A program made the position numbers and the translations under genes. Shown piece by piece: positions 8,514-17,239 of a stretch of 52,146 bases of DNA. The stretch lies in NCBI GenBank assembly GCA_001793855.1, contig MGIR01000005.1, positions 1-52,146 on the forward strand. Reading direction: 5' to 3'. The notes under the pieces were generated by a model that had not been told where the DNA came from, searched no databases, and saw only the letters and a program-made list of their open reading frames with translations. This stretch comes from Candidatus Wolfebacteria bacterium RIFCSPLOWO2_01_FULL_45_19 (GTDB lineage Bacteria; Patescibacteriota; Minisyncoccia; UBA6257; GWB1-45-9). Position 1 is the stretch's first letter. Every line of letters starts with the position of its first letter.

Positions 8514-8597
8514 AAAAAATTTAAAATGTAAAAATCGAAGTTAAAAATGACAAATCAAAATTAAAAATCATTTTGAATTTTACATTGTCATTTTGCA
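8514..8597 (-). promoter_or_regulatory. AT-rich upstream module with inverted repeats aaaatgacaa / ttgtcatttt, related to 24074-24163
   Basis: Read on the minus strand it starts aatgcaaaatgacaatgtaaaatt and ends tttacattttaaatttttt-ATG. The element upstream of topA uses the same words in the same order. Confidence 0.5.
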
Positions 8598-9275
8598 TTA
8601 AATTTCGGCCAATTCCTCATACGCTTTTCTTGGATCTGCGCTGTCAAAAATATAAGATGCGGAAACTATTATATTCGCTCCCGCTTCTTTCGCTGTTCTT
8701 GCGATTTGCGGAGTTATTCCTCCGTCTACTTCTAGTGTAGCATCAGAAACGCGTTCTCTCAAAAATTTTATTTTGTCCAAAACGCTCATTTGAAAACCTT
8801 GCCCGGCCAAACCCGGTTTTACGCCAAGAATCTGAAACGATTTGAACTGACCAAAGTAAGGCGTGAGTTTATCCGATGGCGTATCGGGATTAATAGCGAG
8901 CATAGCTTCAACTCCCGCGGCTTTACATTTGGAAACAATTTCTTCCGCGTTTTTCATCACCTCCAAATGAACAATTATTCTTTTAACCCTATATGGGCGA
9001 GCCCATCGAGCTTTAGCCATTCCGATTTTTAGCCAAGCATCAATAACTTTTTCCGGATTCACGACCATCAAGTGAACCTCAATGTTAAGATTTAAGATGT
9101 AAGATTTAAGAGTTAAGAGTTCCACGGGGTTGCCCCAGGTTATGTTTGGCGCAAATTTACCGTCAACTACGTCAATATGAACCCACAAAACATCTGACAA
9201 TTGATTTTTGACAATTGACAGTTTTGCTTCTGCGCACTCAAAGTCAAGACAATTTATGGCCGGAACGACAATCAT
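8598..9275 (-). CDS. rpe: Ribulose-phosphate 3-epimerase
   Basis: 225 aa. HIDVVDGKFAPNITWG, VHLMV and EVDGGI are Rpe TIM-barrel motifs. Confidence 0.9.
   Translation of the reverse strand: MIVVPAINCLDFECAEAKLSIVKNQLSDVLWVHIDVVDGKFAPNITWGNPVELLTLKSYILNLNIEVHLMVVNPEKVIDAWLKIGMAKARWARPYRVKRIIVHLEVMKNAEEIVSKCKAAGVEAMLAINPDTPSDKLTPYFGQFKSFQILGVKPGLAGQGFQMSVLDKIKFLRERVSDATLEVDGGITPQIARTAKEAGANIIVSASYIFDSADPRKAYEELAEI
9087..9121. repeat. Tandem heptamer array (aagattt aagatgt aagattt aagagtt aagagtt) inside the rpe CDS
   Basis: Direct reading. With the degenerate unit at 9080-9086 it spans 42 nt in frame and encodes LTLKSYILNLNIEV just before the catalytic HLMV. Confidence 0.9.
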
Positions 9276-9317
9276 TCCATTAAGTATAGCAAAATAAAAC
9301 CTTATACGAGGCCTGAT

Positions 9318-9863
9318 CTATACGAATTTTTCTTGCGCAACTGATTCCTTAAATTTCGGCAAGATAAACCACACGGCCGCGAAACTCAAAAGCCCAGTGG
9401 CCGCTCCGCCAATAATATCGCTCGGCCAATGAACGCCGGCAGCTACGCGCGCAAATCCCATCAATACGACGGCGCCGGTAAACCAGTAGCCGAATTTTTT
9501 ATCCAACAAAAACGCGAACGGAACAAGCGCGAAAAAGAAAGCCGCGTGGCCGGAAGGAAAAGAGGCGCTCGCACTTTCAATCAGCGGCGCGAAATCAAAC
9601 GCCAAAAATGGGCGCGGTCGGTAGTAAAAAAAACGTATAACGTCAGTAACAATCCAGCGCGCGAGAAAAACCGAAAGCAGTCCGGCAGCAAAATAATACC
9701 AACGCTCTCGCCAATCTTTTTTTACGGCAAAAATAAAATAAAAAAGGGCCGCGACCAAAATATATCCAAGATACTCCGCCAAAAAAACAATTAACCAATT
9801 AACGGCGAAGTGAAATTCGGTTAGAGACCTAAGCAAATTAAAAATAATGAGATCGGGATTCAT
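9318..9863 (-). CDS. PAP2-family membrane phosphatase (undecaprenyl-diphosphatase-like)
   Basis: 181 aa. The PSGH and ARVAAGVHWPSDIIGG acid-phosphatase motifs are present, with several TM segments. Confidence 0.8.
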   Translation of the reverse strand: MNPDLIIFNLLRSLTEFHFAVNWLIVFLAEYLGYILVAALFYFIFAVKKDWRERWYYFAAGLLSVFLARWIVTDVIRFFYYRPRPFLAFDFAPLIESASASFPSGHAAFFFALVPFAFLLDKKFGYWFTGAVVLMGFARVAAGVHWPSDIIGGAATGLLSFAAVWFILPKFKESVAQEKFV

Positions 9864-10060
9864 CTGGTAAACGGTAACAGCCCCATAAATCTAGCCCTTT
9901 TTATTGAACGGGCCAAAAGACGCTGATGCTTGGCGCAAGTGCCGGTATGTTTCGGGTCAACAATTTTCGCCTGCGAAGAAACAAACCGTCTCAAAAGCTC
10001 GATTTCCTTGTAATCAATTTCTTTTAAATTTTGGGAACAAAAAAAACACTGTTGATTCAT
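9860..10060 (-). CDS. rpsR: 30S ribosomal protein S18
   Basis: 66 aa with IDYKEIELLRRFVSSQAKIVDPKHTGTCAKHQRLLARSIKRARFMGLLPF. Confidence 0.9.
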   Translation of the reverse strand: MNQQCFFCSQNLKEIDYKEIELLRRFVSSQAKIVDPKHTGTCAKHQRLLARSIKRARFMGLLPFTR

Positions 10061-10061
10061 T

Positions 10062-10499
10062 TTAAAAAGGCAGGTCTTCGGGTTTTACTTCATTCTCTTC
10101 TATTTCTATAATCGGCACCTCCTCTTTTGCGGTCGCCTGCGGTTGCTGTCTTTGCTCAGTCCTGGCGGAAGCGGTGCGTGGCCCAAACTGCAAGCGCTCG
10201 GCGACAATTTCAGTCCTATATTGCTTAGTGCCATCTTTACCGTCCCAAGATCGAGTTTGTAGGCGACCTTCAATCAAAACTAAACTTCCCTTCGTTAAAA
10301 ACTGCGCGGTTATTTCCGCCTGGCGACCCCATACAACGACATTATGAAATTGGACATCTTCCTTTTTATCGCCTTTCTGGTCTTTCCAAACGCGATTTGT
10401 CGCCATACCAAATGAAGCCACCGTGGCGCCGGAGGGTAAAGCTTTGAGCTCTGGATCTCTGGTTAAATTTCCCGCTAAAAAAACTTTGTTTAAATTCAT
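10062..10499 (-). CDS. ssb: Single-stranded DNA-binding protein
   Basis: 145 aa. MNLNKVFLAGNLTRDPELK begins the OB fold, and the acidic tail ends DLPF. Confidence 0.9.
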   Translation of the reverse strand: MNLNKVFLAGNLTRDPELKALPSGATVASFGMATNRVWKDQKGDKKEDVQFHNVVVWGRQAEITAQFLTKGSLVLIEGRLQTRSWDGKDGTKQYRTEIVAERLQFGPRTASARTEQRQQPQATAKEEVPIIEIEENEVKPEDLPF

Positions 10500-10507
10500 C
10501 TATAAAT

Positions 10508-10963
10508 TTATTTTAGTATTTCTTCCAGTTTTTCTTCAAGCTCTTCATTGCTTACAACTTCCTGCCTTCTTGGAAACTCTTCGCTTCTGTCCGTTCTTTC
10601 CGACCGTTCGCCCTCCGCCGGTTTTGCCGCGGAAGTTGCTCGCGGACCGCGTCTAAAGAAAGAAGCGGTTCTCGGCAAAATAGGCGGCGCGACTATAAGA
10701 TGACGAAGAATTTTATTGTTCAAACGCAAATCCTCTTCAATTTCCAAGACACGCCCTGCTTCACATTGAAAATGAAAAAAGCCGAAATGCGCCGAGTTCC
10801 GCTTCATTATGGGGTAAAACAAATCCGCTTTCTTGAGCGGCCCTTCAAAAACAATAACAGCGCCGCGGGCGTTTAAAATCTTAACCGCCTCGTGCGCGTC
10901 ATCTTCGCCGTCAACCAAAAAAGCGAGCTCATAATTCTTTATGTTTTTTTCATCCATATCCAT
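10508..10963 (-). CDS. rpsF: 30S ribosomal protein S6 with extended charged C-terminus
   Basis: The YELAFLV start motif is present, and the gene lies in the conserved rpsF-ssb-rpsR order. Confidence 0.8.
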   Translation of the reverse strand: MDMDEKNIKNYELAFLVDGEDDAHEAVKILNARGAVIVFEGPLKKADLFYPIMKRNSAHFGFFHFQCEAGRVLEIEEDLRLNNKILRHLIVAPPILPRTASFFRRGPRATSAAKPAEGERSERTDRSEEFPRRQEVVSNEELEEKLEEILK

Positions 10964-10987
10964 ATAATTCTTCCTAAATTAACACGT

Positions 10988-11578
10988 TTAAAAAAGTCCG
11001 TCAAATTCATCCATAAGAACGCCGAATCTTTCGTTTAGTTTATTTATGTCGTCGGCCGCGTCGTTCATTCTGAAAATCAATACATCCACGCTGGTTTCTC
11101 GAGGTTCTCCGGCGAATTTGGAACGAAGCGTTTCCAAAAGCCGGTTGAAATATTCATTGTAAGTAATCAGCTGGGTAACAAGATTGATTTCAACGGCTAC
11201 GGCCTCCAGAGCTTTCGCCCGTATGGTTTGCGATTTCAAGAGAGAGGCCGCCCGAGTCATTCTTTCAAGCTCGACGGCGAGTTCCTGTGCTTTTGACCTT
11301 ATTTCGGAATTAGCCTCCATTTCATCCAAAACAATTCTTAATCCCTCAAGGTGGCGGCCGCTTCCGTCCAATTCGGAAATTTTTTTAAGCTTTTCCGCCG
11401 ACTGTCCATAATGCGCCACTATGTCTTTGCTTATTTCCGCGCCGCGATGACGCGCTTCTTTAAATTCCGCGGGTGTTGATTCTGCCTCGGGAATAACGAG
11501 CAGCGGCAAAGCCACGAAGAGCAAAACGGCTCCCGTGCTAAAAATAGCGATTTTCCAAAACTTTTTTGATTTAAACAT
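10988..11578 (-). CDS. Membrane-anchored hypothetical protein, helical/coiled ectodomain
   Basis: 196 aa with N-terminal TM WKIAIFSTGAVLLFVALPLLVI. Confidence 0.55.
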   Translation of the reverse strand: MFKSKKFWKIAIFSTGAVLLFVALPLLVIPEAESTPAEFKEARHRGAEISKDIVAHYGQSAEKLKKISELDGSGRHLEGLRIVLDEMEANSEIRSKAQELAVELERMTRAASLLKSQTIRAKALEAVAVEINLVTQLITYNEYFNRLLETLRSKFAGEPRETSVDVLIFRMNDAADDINKLNERFGVLMDEFDGLF

Positions 11579-11637
11579 TGCGATATGCTTATTTTTATGA
11601 TAAAAATGGAATTAGTCAACTTTTCCATTGTAAATAC

Positions 11638-11712
11638 GCGAGCGTAGTATAACGGCTATTATGGCTGCCTTCCAAGCAGCAGACGCGGGTTCGACTCCCG
11701 CCGCTCGCACCA
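11638..11712 (+). tRNA. tRNA-Gly (anticodon UCC), CCA encoded
   Basis: Hand-folded cloverleaf. The acceptor GCGAGCG pairs with CGCTCGC, the anticodon stem GCTGC pairs with GCAGC around loop CTTCCAA, the T-arm is GCGGG-TTCGACT-CCCGC, and the 3' end is ACCA. The D-arm resembles E. coli glyT. Confidence 0.9.
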
Positions 11713-11740
11713 AACGTCAAAAAAAGTTATACTCAAACTT

Positions 11741-12040
11741 ATGGACAAGCTGCCGAAATCCTATTATTTGTATCTCGCGGTGCTCGCGATTTCTGCCTCT
11801 GCTTATTTTTTATATAAATCTCCGGGCGCCGAAACGTTTCCGGCCTCTCTCGTATCTCCTGTAACTCCCGCGACCGAAACGCCCCCGACCTCATCTTCAC
11901 CAGCCGAAATTTCGACAAAAGAGGAGCTCAGCCCTCCTGAAATTAAAAAAACAACTCCGCCGCCGAAATTTGACGCGTTTGAAGGACAAGAGGAAGAATT
12001 GGAAAAAATTGACGACTTGGAGAGTTCTTTACTTGACTAA
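11741..12040 (+). CDS. Small membrane-anchored Pro/Ser/Thr-rich protein
   Basis: 99 aa with one TM (YYLYLAVLAISASAYFLY) followed by a low-complexity tail. Confidence 0.45.
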   Translation: MDKLPKSYYLYLAVLAISASAYFLYKSPGAETFPASLVSPVTPATETPPTSSSPAEISTKEELSPPEIKKTTPPPKFDAFEGQEEELEKIDDLESSLLD

Positions 12041-12078
12041 TATCCGAAAAACTGCCATTGTGGGACATAATTGTCTTT

Positions 12079-12104
12079 GTAACTAAAGCTTTGCTTATTC
12101 GTTT
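12079..12104 (+). promoter_or_regulatory. Candidate ECF-type promoter GTAAC-N16-CGTTT ending 3 nt before the sigma factor ATG (implies a leaderless mRNA)
   Basis: GTAAC lies at 12079-12083 and CGTTT at 12100-12104. No Shine-Dalgarno sequence precedes ATG 12108. Confidence 0.3.
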
Positions 12105-12107
12105 ACT

Positions 12108-12641
12108 ATGTTAGATGGCGAAAAAAACATAATTCAGCGCGCCATTCGGGGTGAGTCCTCGGCTTTTGGTCAGCTTTACGACCATTATATGCCGATGATA
12201 TATCGCTTTGTTCTGTTGAAAGTTGGCCGCCGTGAGGAGGCTGAGGACCTCACCCATCAGGTATTTCTTAGCGCATTACAAAATATATCCGGCTATAAAC
12301 ATCTGGGACACCCATTTTCAAGTTGGCTGTACAAAATCGCGCGGAACTCAATTATAGACAATGCCCGCACCAAGAAAGAAACCATCCCACTTTACGACCT
12401 TGACATGGAACCGCACATTGAGCCGGCGATTGAAAAAACGCTGGACCTGAACAAAGAATTTAACAGCGCAATGAAAGCAATCGGACAATTGAACGAAGAA
12501 CAACAAAATGTAGTTATAATGAAGTTCATTGAAGGATTTTCTCACAAAGAAATAGCTGAAGCTTTAGATAAAAATGAGGGGGCGATAAGAACCATTCAGC
12601 ATCGAGCCATAATCAAATTAAAAAAACTTCTTTCGGTATGA
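12108..12641 (+). CDS. RNA polymerase sigma factor, sigma-70 family, ECF-like (regions 2 and 4)
   Basis: 177 aa. Region 2 is DLTHQVFLSALQNI...WLYKIARNSIID. Region 4 HTH is GFSHKEIAEALDKNEGAIRTIQHRAIIKLKKLL. Confidence 0.85.
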   Translation: MLDGEKNIIQRAIRGESSAFGQLYDHYMPMIYRFVLLKVGRREEAEDLTHQVFLSALQNISGYKHLGHPFSSWLYKIARNSIIDNARTKKETIPLYDLDMEPHIEPAIEKTLDLNKEFNSAMKAIGQLNEEQQNVVIMKFIEGFSHKEIAEALDKNEGAIRTIQHRAIIKLKKLLSV

Positions 12642-13159
12642 TGGAACAAGAAATAATTTCAAAACTTAAACAACTACAAAACATAAAACCGGATCCGGGA
12701 TACGCCGGGGTTTCGCGTAGCATGCTGATGGCGTTAATGCAGATGCCCAAACCGCGCCGAACGTGGTTTTTGTTGAGACAGCCACAGGCCCAGCCGCGGA
12801 TAACCTTAGCCGCCGTTTTGAGATACGCTCTGCCAGCAACTATCGCGGCAAGTTTTATGTTTTTGATGCTCGGCGGATATTCCACAATGCGCACCGCCTA
12901 TTTTGCCTTCAATTTTCCAGGACTTATGAATGAAAAAATCTTGGCCGCGGAACTCAATGATTTTGAAATACAGATTAAGATCGCGGAACTTCAGTACCAT
13001 GCCGACTCTTCAAAAACCGTGTCGCTCGCCCTGAACGAAGCGGGTTATTACGCCAATAATTTAAGTAACGATTTGATAAAAAACGAGGGGGATTTTCTCA
13101 ATGCGAAAAATCCGACAAACGAAAAAATAGACGAAGCTCTCAATGACCTTATATTATAA
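12638..13159 (+). CDS. Single-pass membrane protein, candidate anti-sigma factor
   Basis: ATGA overlap with the sigma gene, and one central TM (LPATIAASFMFLMLGGY). The assignment rests on position only. Confidence 0.35.
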   Translation: MMEQEIISKLKQLQNIKPDPGYAGVSRSMLMALMQMPKPRRTWFLLRQPQAQPRITLAAVLRYALPATIAASFMFLMLGGYSTMRTAYFAFNFPGLMNEKILAAELNDFEIQIKIAELQYHADSSKTVSLALNEAGYYANNLSNDLIKNEGDFLNAKNPTNEKIDEALNDLIL

Positions 13160-13991
13160 AAAACAAATATCATATATCTTAGCGGCGGCTATGTTCGCTG
13201 TTCCCGCGTTAACTTTGGCTGAATCAAACACCACGTCAACTTTAGCGCTGACAAATTCAACCTCGTCAACTGCCACGGAAGATATTGATACTCTACGAGC
13301 TCAACTCAACGCGCTGTTAAACCCAAAGGATGAGATGGGATTTATTTCCAACGAAGAAAAAAACGCGAGAGAGCTTAAGTTAAGGCACAAAATTTTGATT
13401 GGCAGTATCGCGCTTTCTTATATAGAAATAGACCAGCTGGCAAATCGTTTGAACGCCCTGGTTGAATTAAACGCAAAAGAGCAAGAAAAGAAGGAGGCCT
13501 ATTTGGAAAAGCTGGTCGGATATCTCAACTATCACGATGTAATCAGAGAAAAGGTTAATAATTTATCCAATGAAACGCTGAACGTTGAAAACATAAAGAC
13601 AGCGGCGAAAGAACTGCTTGATTGGCGACGCGATTTTTACATTTCGCCGATGAAAGAGATGTCGGCTTTTATATTGACGATAAAACAGCCGGCCGTATTA
13701 AAAATATCTCTTGAGCGACACGAAAAAATAGCATCTGACTTGCGAAAGCTCTCCCAGGGCGGATATATCAACCAAGAACAATTGTTTGAATTAACTCAAC
13801 TGCTTAATAAGGCAAGAGAATTACTAAGCGAAGCGCAAGCCATGAACAACGACGCGTACAACGTGCTGTTTACCGAAGAAAATAAAACCGGCCTTGACGA
13901 GCTTGCAAGATCGTCGCTTGAAAACATAAAATCCGCATACGCCATATTTATGGAAATGAGCGTTAAAGTTAAACAAATACTCTCAATATAA
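13143..13991 (+). CDS. Secreted helical protein
   Basis: 282 aa. The signal-like N-terminus is ISYILAAAMFAVPALTLAES, and the remainder is rich in coiled-coil-type sequence. Confidence 0.55.
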   Translation: MTLYYKKQISYILAAAMFAVPALTLAESNTTSTLALTNSTSSTATEDIDTLRAQLNALLNPKDEMGFISNEEKNARELKLRHKILIGSIALSYIEIDQLANRLNALVELNAKEQEKKEAYLEKLVGYLNYHDVIREKVNNLSNETLNVENIKTAAKELLDWRRDFYISPMKEMSAFILTIKQPAVLKISLERHEKIASDLRKLSQGGYINQEQLFELTQLLNKARELLSEAQAMNNDAYNVLFTEENKTGLDELARSSLENIKSAYAIFMEMSVKVKQILSI

Positions 13992-13993
13992 AA

Positions 13994-14025
13994 ACCCCCC
14001 CAATCGCGATTATAGGGGGAGTTTT
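13994..14025. terminator. Bidirectional rho-independent terminator between convergent genes
   Basis: The sequence is aaaCCCCCCCaatcgcgattataGGGGGagTTTTT. The A-run on the left serves the opposite strand. Confidence 0.7.
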
Positions 14026-14048
14026 TAGTTTACATTACAGTACAGTAT

Positions 14049-14324
14049 CTAAAGTACCGCTTCTTTTAATTGTTTGGCGGCTCGGAATTTCGGCTTAGTT
14101 GAGGCGGCGATCTGAATAGTTTCGCCGGTTTTGGGATTTCTCCCTTGGCGCGCGGCTCTTTTTGTCGCGCGGAAAACTCCAAATCCCGGAACGGCTACCT
14201 CTTCGCCTCTGCCCATCGTTTTGGTAATGATGTCAAAAACGCTGTCAACTATCTCCTGAGCTTTCTTTTTGGTCTCAATTCCGTTGGCTTGCATCACCGC
14301 ATCGACAAGTTCTGGTTTCTTCAT
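14049..14324 (-). CDS. hup: HU-family DNA-binding protein
   Basis: 91 aa counted from the internal ATG 14324 (MKKPELVDAVMQ...). The GFGVFRATKRAARQGRNPKTGETIQI arm is present. The longer ORF to 14414 would overlap rny. An extended -10 (TGcTACAAT) lies at 14385-14393. Confidence 0.85.
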   Translation of the reverse strand: MKKPELVDAVMQANGIETKKKAQEIVDSVFDIITKTMGRGEEVAVPGFGVFRATKRAARQGRNPKTGETIQIAASTKPKFRAAKQLKEAVL

Positions 14325-14397
14325 TGTTTTCTGTTTTATGAAATAAATGAATAATCGACCTTTGCGTAAAAACTCTACCCTTTCATTGTAGCACAAA

Positions 14398-15927
14398 TTA
14401 TCTAGCGTATTCAACAGCCCTCATTTCGCGAATAACATTCACCTTTATCTCTCCTGGATAGCGAAGGTCGGTTTGTATCTTGTTGGCGATATTTTTAGCA
14501 AGCTGAAGCGCGCCAAAGTCGTCAATTTTTTCCGGAACGACAAAAACTCTCAATTCACGGCCGGCTGAAATGGCGTACGACATCTTAACTCCCTCAAACT
14601 GACCGGCTATTTTTTCAAGGTCTTCCAGGCGCTTTATATAATTTTCAACCGTGCCACGACGCGCTCCTGGACGAGCCGCCGAAAGAACGTCTGCGGCCGT
14701 TACTATATACGATTCCGGCGTAGCGTAAGGATAATCTTCGTGATGTGATTGCATAGCATCTATAATCGCGTCGTCAACGCCATATTTTTTAAGAAGCTTT
14801 CTGCCAAGTTCAACGTGCGTACCCTGCACTTCGTGGTCAATAGCTTTGCCGATGTCATGCACCAGAGCCCCCCTTTTCGCCACTTCAACATTAGCGCCAA
14901 GTTCGGCGGCAAGCATTGCGGAAATATAAGCCATCTCTATTGAATGTGTAAGAACGTTTTGGCCGAAGCTTGTGCGGAAATGCAGGCGGCCGATAAGCTG
15001 TATAACTTCTTTCGGCAAATCAAGCACCCCAACTTCAAACGCCGCGGCCTCGCCTATCTCATACATTTTCTTTTCGAGTTCTTTGCGCGCTTCTTCCACT
15101 TTTTCTTCAATTTTGGCAGGCTGTATTCTACCGTCTTTTATCAATTTTTCAAGCGCCATTTTCGCTATTTCGCGGCGCACAGGATCAAACGAGGAAATAA
15201 CTATCGCTTCCGGCGTCTCATCTATAATAAATTCCACGCCGGTTAAACGCTCAAGAGTACGGACGTTTCTCCCTTCGCGGCCGATTATTTTACCCTTGAG
15301 GTCTTCGCTCGGAATATGAAACACGCTGGTGGTAATCTCTGAAACGTGAGAACGCGCGTAGCGCTGGACCGCCGTAGTTATTATACTCAAGCTTCTTTTT
15401 TCAACTTCTTCGCGGCGCTCGTTTTCCAGCTTCTGTAAAATCTGTGCCAGTTCCTGCCGATGCGAATCCTCAACGTTTTTTATTATTAAATTCCTTGCTT
15501 CTTCTTTTGTAAACCCCGCTGTTTTCTCAGCGATTTTTATCGCTTTTTCCAATTTCTCGTCCGTCTCCGCTTTTGCCAGCTTAACCTTGTTCATGTCCGT
15601 CTCAAGCGCCGCTTCACGGGTTCTGAGCTCATCCGCGCGCCTCTCCGCGTCTTTTTCGTACTTCAAAACGCGCTCTTCCATGCGCGCTAACTGCGCCTTC
15701 CTTTCGCGCTCGTCGTTTTTGGCGTCTTCAATAAGCTGGAGAGATTTATCTTTTGCCTGCGCGACAATTTCCTGCGCCTCTTTCTTCGCGCTCTCAAGTT
15801 CAAGATTGACTTTTTGCTCTAGTGTCTTAGCTCGCGAACGAACTACGAAGTGACGAATTAAGTACCCGACGGCAATGCCAACGGCCAAAACCAGCCCGCC
15901 CTCTAATGGGGTTATTTGCGTAAACAT
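14398..15927 (-). CDS. rny: Ribonuclease Y
   Basis: 509 aa with an N-terminal TM, a long KE-rich coiled coil, a KH domain (GKIIGREGRNVRTLE) and an HD domain (LVHDIGKA). Confidence 0.9.
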   Translation of the reverse strand: MFTQITPLEGGLVLAVGIAVGYLIRHFVVRSRAKTLEQKVNLELESAKKEAQEIVAQAKDKSLQLIEDAKNDERERKAQLARMEERVLKYEKDAERRADELRTREAALETDMNKVKLAKAETDEKLEKAIKIAEKTAGFTKEEARNLIIKNVEDSHRQELAQILQKLENERREEVEKRSLSIITTAVQRYARSHVSEITTSVFHIPSEDLKGKIIGREGRNVRTLERLTGVEFIIDETPEAIVISSFDPVRREIAKMALEKLIKDGRIQPAKIEEKVEEARKELEKKMYEIGEAAAFEVGVLDLPKEVIQLIGRLHFRTSFGQNVLTHSIEMAYISAMLAAELGANVEVAKRGALVHDIGKAIDHEVQGTHVELGRKLLKKYGVDDAIIDAMQSHHEDYPYATPESYIVTAADVLSAARPGARRGTVENYIKRLEDLEKIAGQFEGVKMSYAISAGRELRVFVVPEKIDDFGALQLAKNIANKIQTDLRYPGEIKVNVIREMRAVEYAR

Positions 15928-16043
15928 TTATTAAATTGTCCGCTATTTTCTCCACAATGATAAACATATTATCAGTATGAATTTATAGGAACATAAATTC
16001 GTTACCTTTAATTATTTACATTATAGCGTATGCAAAAAAAACG

Positions 16044-16484
16044 TCAAGCGTCCAGTTTCTTGATTCTCCTGACGTGTCGTTCTTCGTTAGAGAAAGGCGT
16101 ATTCAGCCATAGCTCCACGGCTTCCTTGGCTTCTTCAATAGAAACAAAACCAGCTGCCAAGGAAAGAACATTGGCGTCGTTATGTTCGCGCGAAAGTTTA
16201 AGAAGCTCCGCGTTTCCGCCGTACCACACAGCCGCGCGAACTCCTTTTACGCGGTTGGCGGTCATCGCCTCCCCCTGTCCGGATTTACCCATTACCAATC
16301 CGCGGCTATTTTTGTCTGCGGCTACGGCTTTCGCCACCAAAAAAATAAAATCCGGATAATCATCGGCAGGGTCGCGACTGAACGCGCCTTTGTCTTCAAC
16401 TTGGTGTCCCAGCCCCGAAAGATATTTTTTTAACTCTTCTTTCATCTCAAAGCCGGCGTGGTCAGAACCGATATAAATCATCAT
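16044..16484 (-). CDS. rpiB: Ribose-5-phosphate isomerase B
   Basis: 146 aa with IYIGSDHAGFEMKEELKKYL and GKSGQGEAMTANR (RpiB/LacAB family). Confidence 0.85.
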   Translation of the reverse strand: MMIYIGSDHAGFEMKEELKKYLSGLGHQVEDKGAFSRDPADDYPDFIFLVAKAVAADKNSRGLVMGKSGQGEAMTANRVKGVRAAVWYGGNAELLKLSREHNDANVLSLAAGFVSIEEAKEAVELWLNTPFSNEERHVRRIKKLDA

Positions 16485-17239
16485 AGAAATTCTGAAAATA
16501 CAAAAGCTAAAATCGCGACTGCTCCAAGCGCGCCGCTAAAAATAAAAAGGTTGCGCGTTGACTTTGAAATAACCGTTTCTCCGGAAACCGGTTTTAATTC
16601 CTTAAGATTTTTATAAATCATGAAAAGATACGCAACCGCGAACGGCGAAAGCATGGTGCCAAACAGCGCATTAAATATTGAAGACGAAGGAATTAAAGTA
16701 AAAAAATAAGACAACGCGGAAAAGATAGCGAATAAAAACGCAAACCGCCAAAAAACCGGCAACCAATATCCACGAACGTATTCTTTACTGGCCAAAAGCG
16801 CGTAAAATCCCTTTTTGTTTTCAAGTACCAAAATAAAAACTCCGAAGATAAACCACACGGTAAAAATTAAAGCCGGCGCGAAAAGCATTACAAAACCTCC
16901 AAACACGATTAAGCCGCCGAGAACGCTTAACCAAAAATAGGACAAAATATAAGGCGTGGAATCGCGATATGCTGAAATAACGTCGCCGCCACGACTTACG
17001 ACAAGAACAAGCGCTACTGCAGAAGCAATGGAAAAAGCGATACCGGCAGCCGAAAATAAAACTCCGGCAAAATCTCCAAGAGGACTCCCCGGACCGATGG
17101 CGATTTCCGCGAAGAAAAAAAGAAGGTGCGGCACTACGGCTATGCCGACAAGAACCAAAAACTTGTCGCTATATACGCGCCATGCTCCGCGAAGAATTTC
17201 ATTTATTGAAATTAATTTGTTGCTTATAACGGGATTCAT
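16481..17239 (-). CDS. Multi-pass membrane protein, unknown function
   Basis: 252 aa with about 6 TM segments. It is ATGA-coupled to both gap (upstream) and rpiB (downstream). Confidence 0.6.
   Translation of the reverse strand: MNPVISNKLISINEILRGAWRVYSDKFLVLVGIAVVPHLLFFFAEIAIGPGSPLGDFAGVLFSAAGIAFSIASAVALVLVVSRGGDVISAYRDSTPYILSYFWLSVLGGLIVFGGFVMLFAPALIFTVWFIFGVFILVLENKKGFYALLASKEYVRGYWLPVFWRFAFLFAIFSALSYFFTLIPSSSIFNALFGTMLSPFAVAYLFMIYKNLKELKPVSGETVISKSTRNLFIFSGALGAVAILAFVFSEFL

Noticed and set aside
14325-14414. A 30-codon N-terminal extension of the HU gene overlaps the rny 3' end.
   Set aside because: HU proteins are about 90 aa, and the conserved sequence begins at ATG 14324. An extended -10 element lies within the supposed extension.
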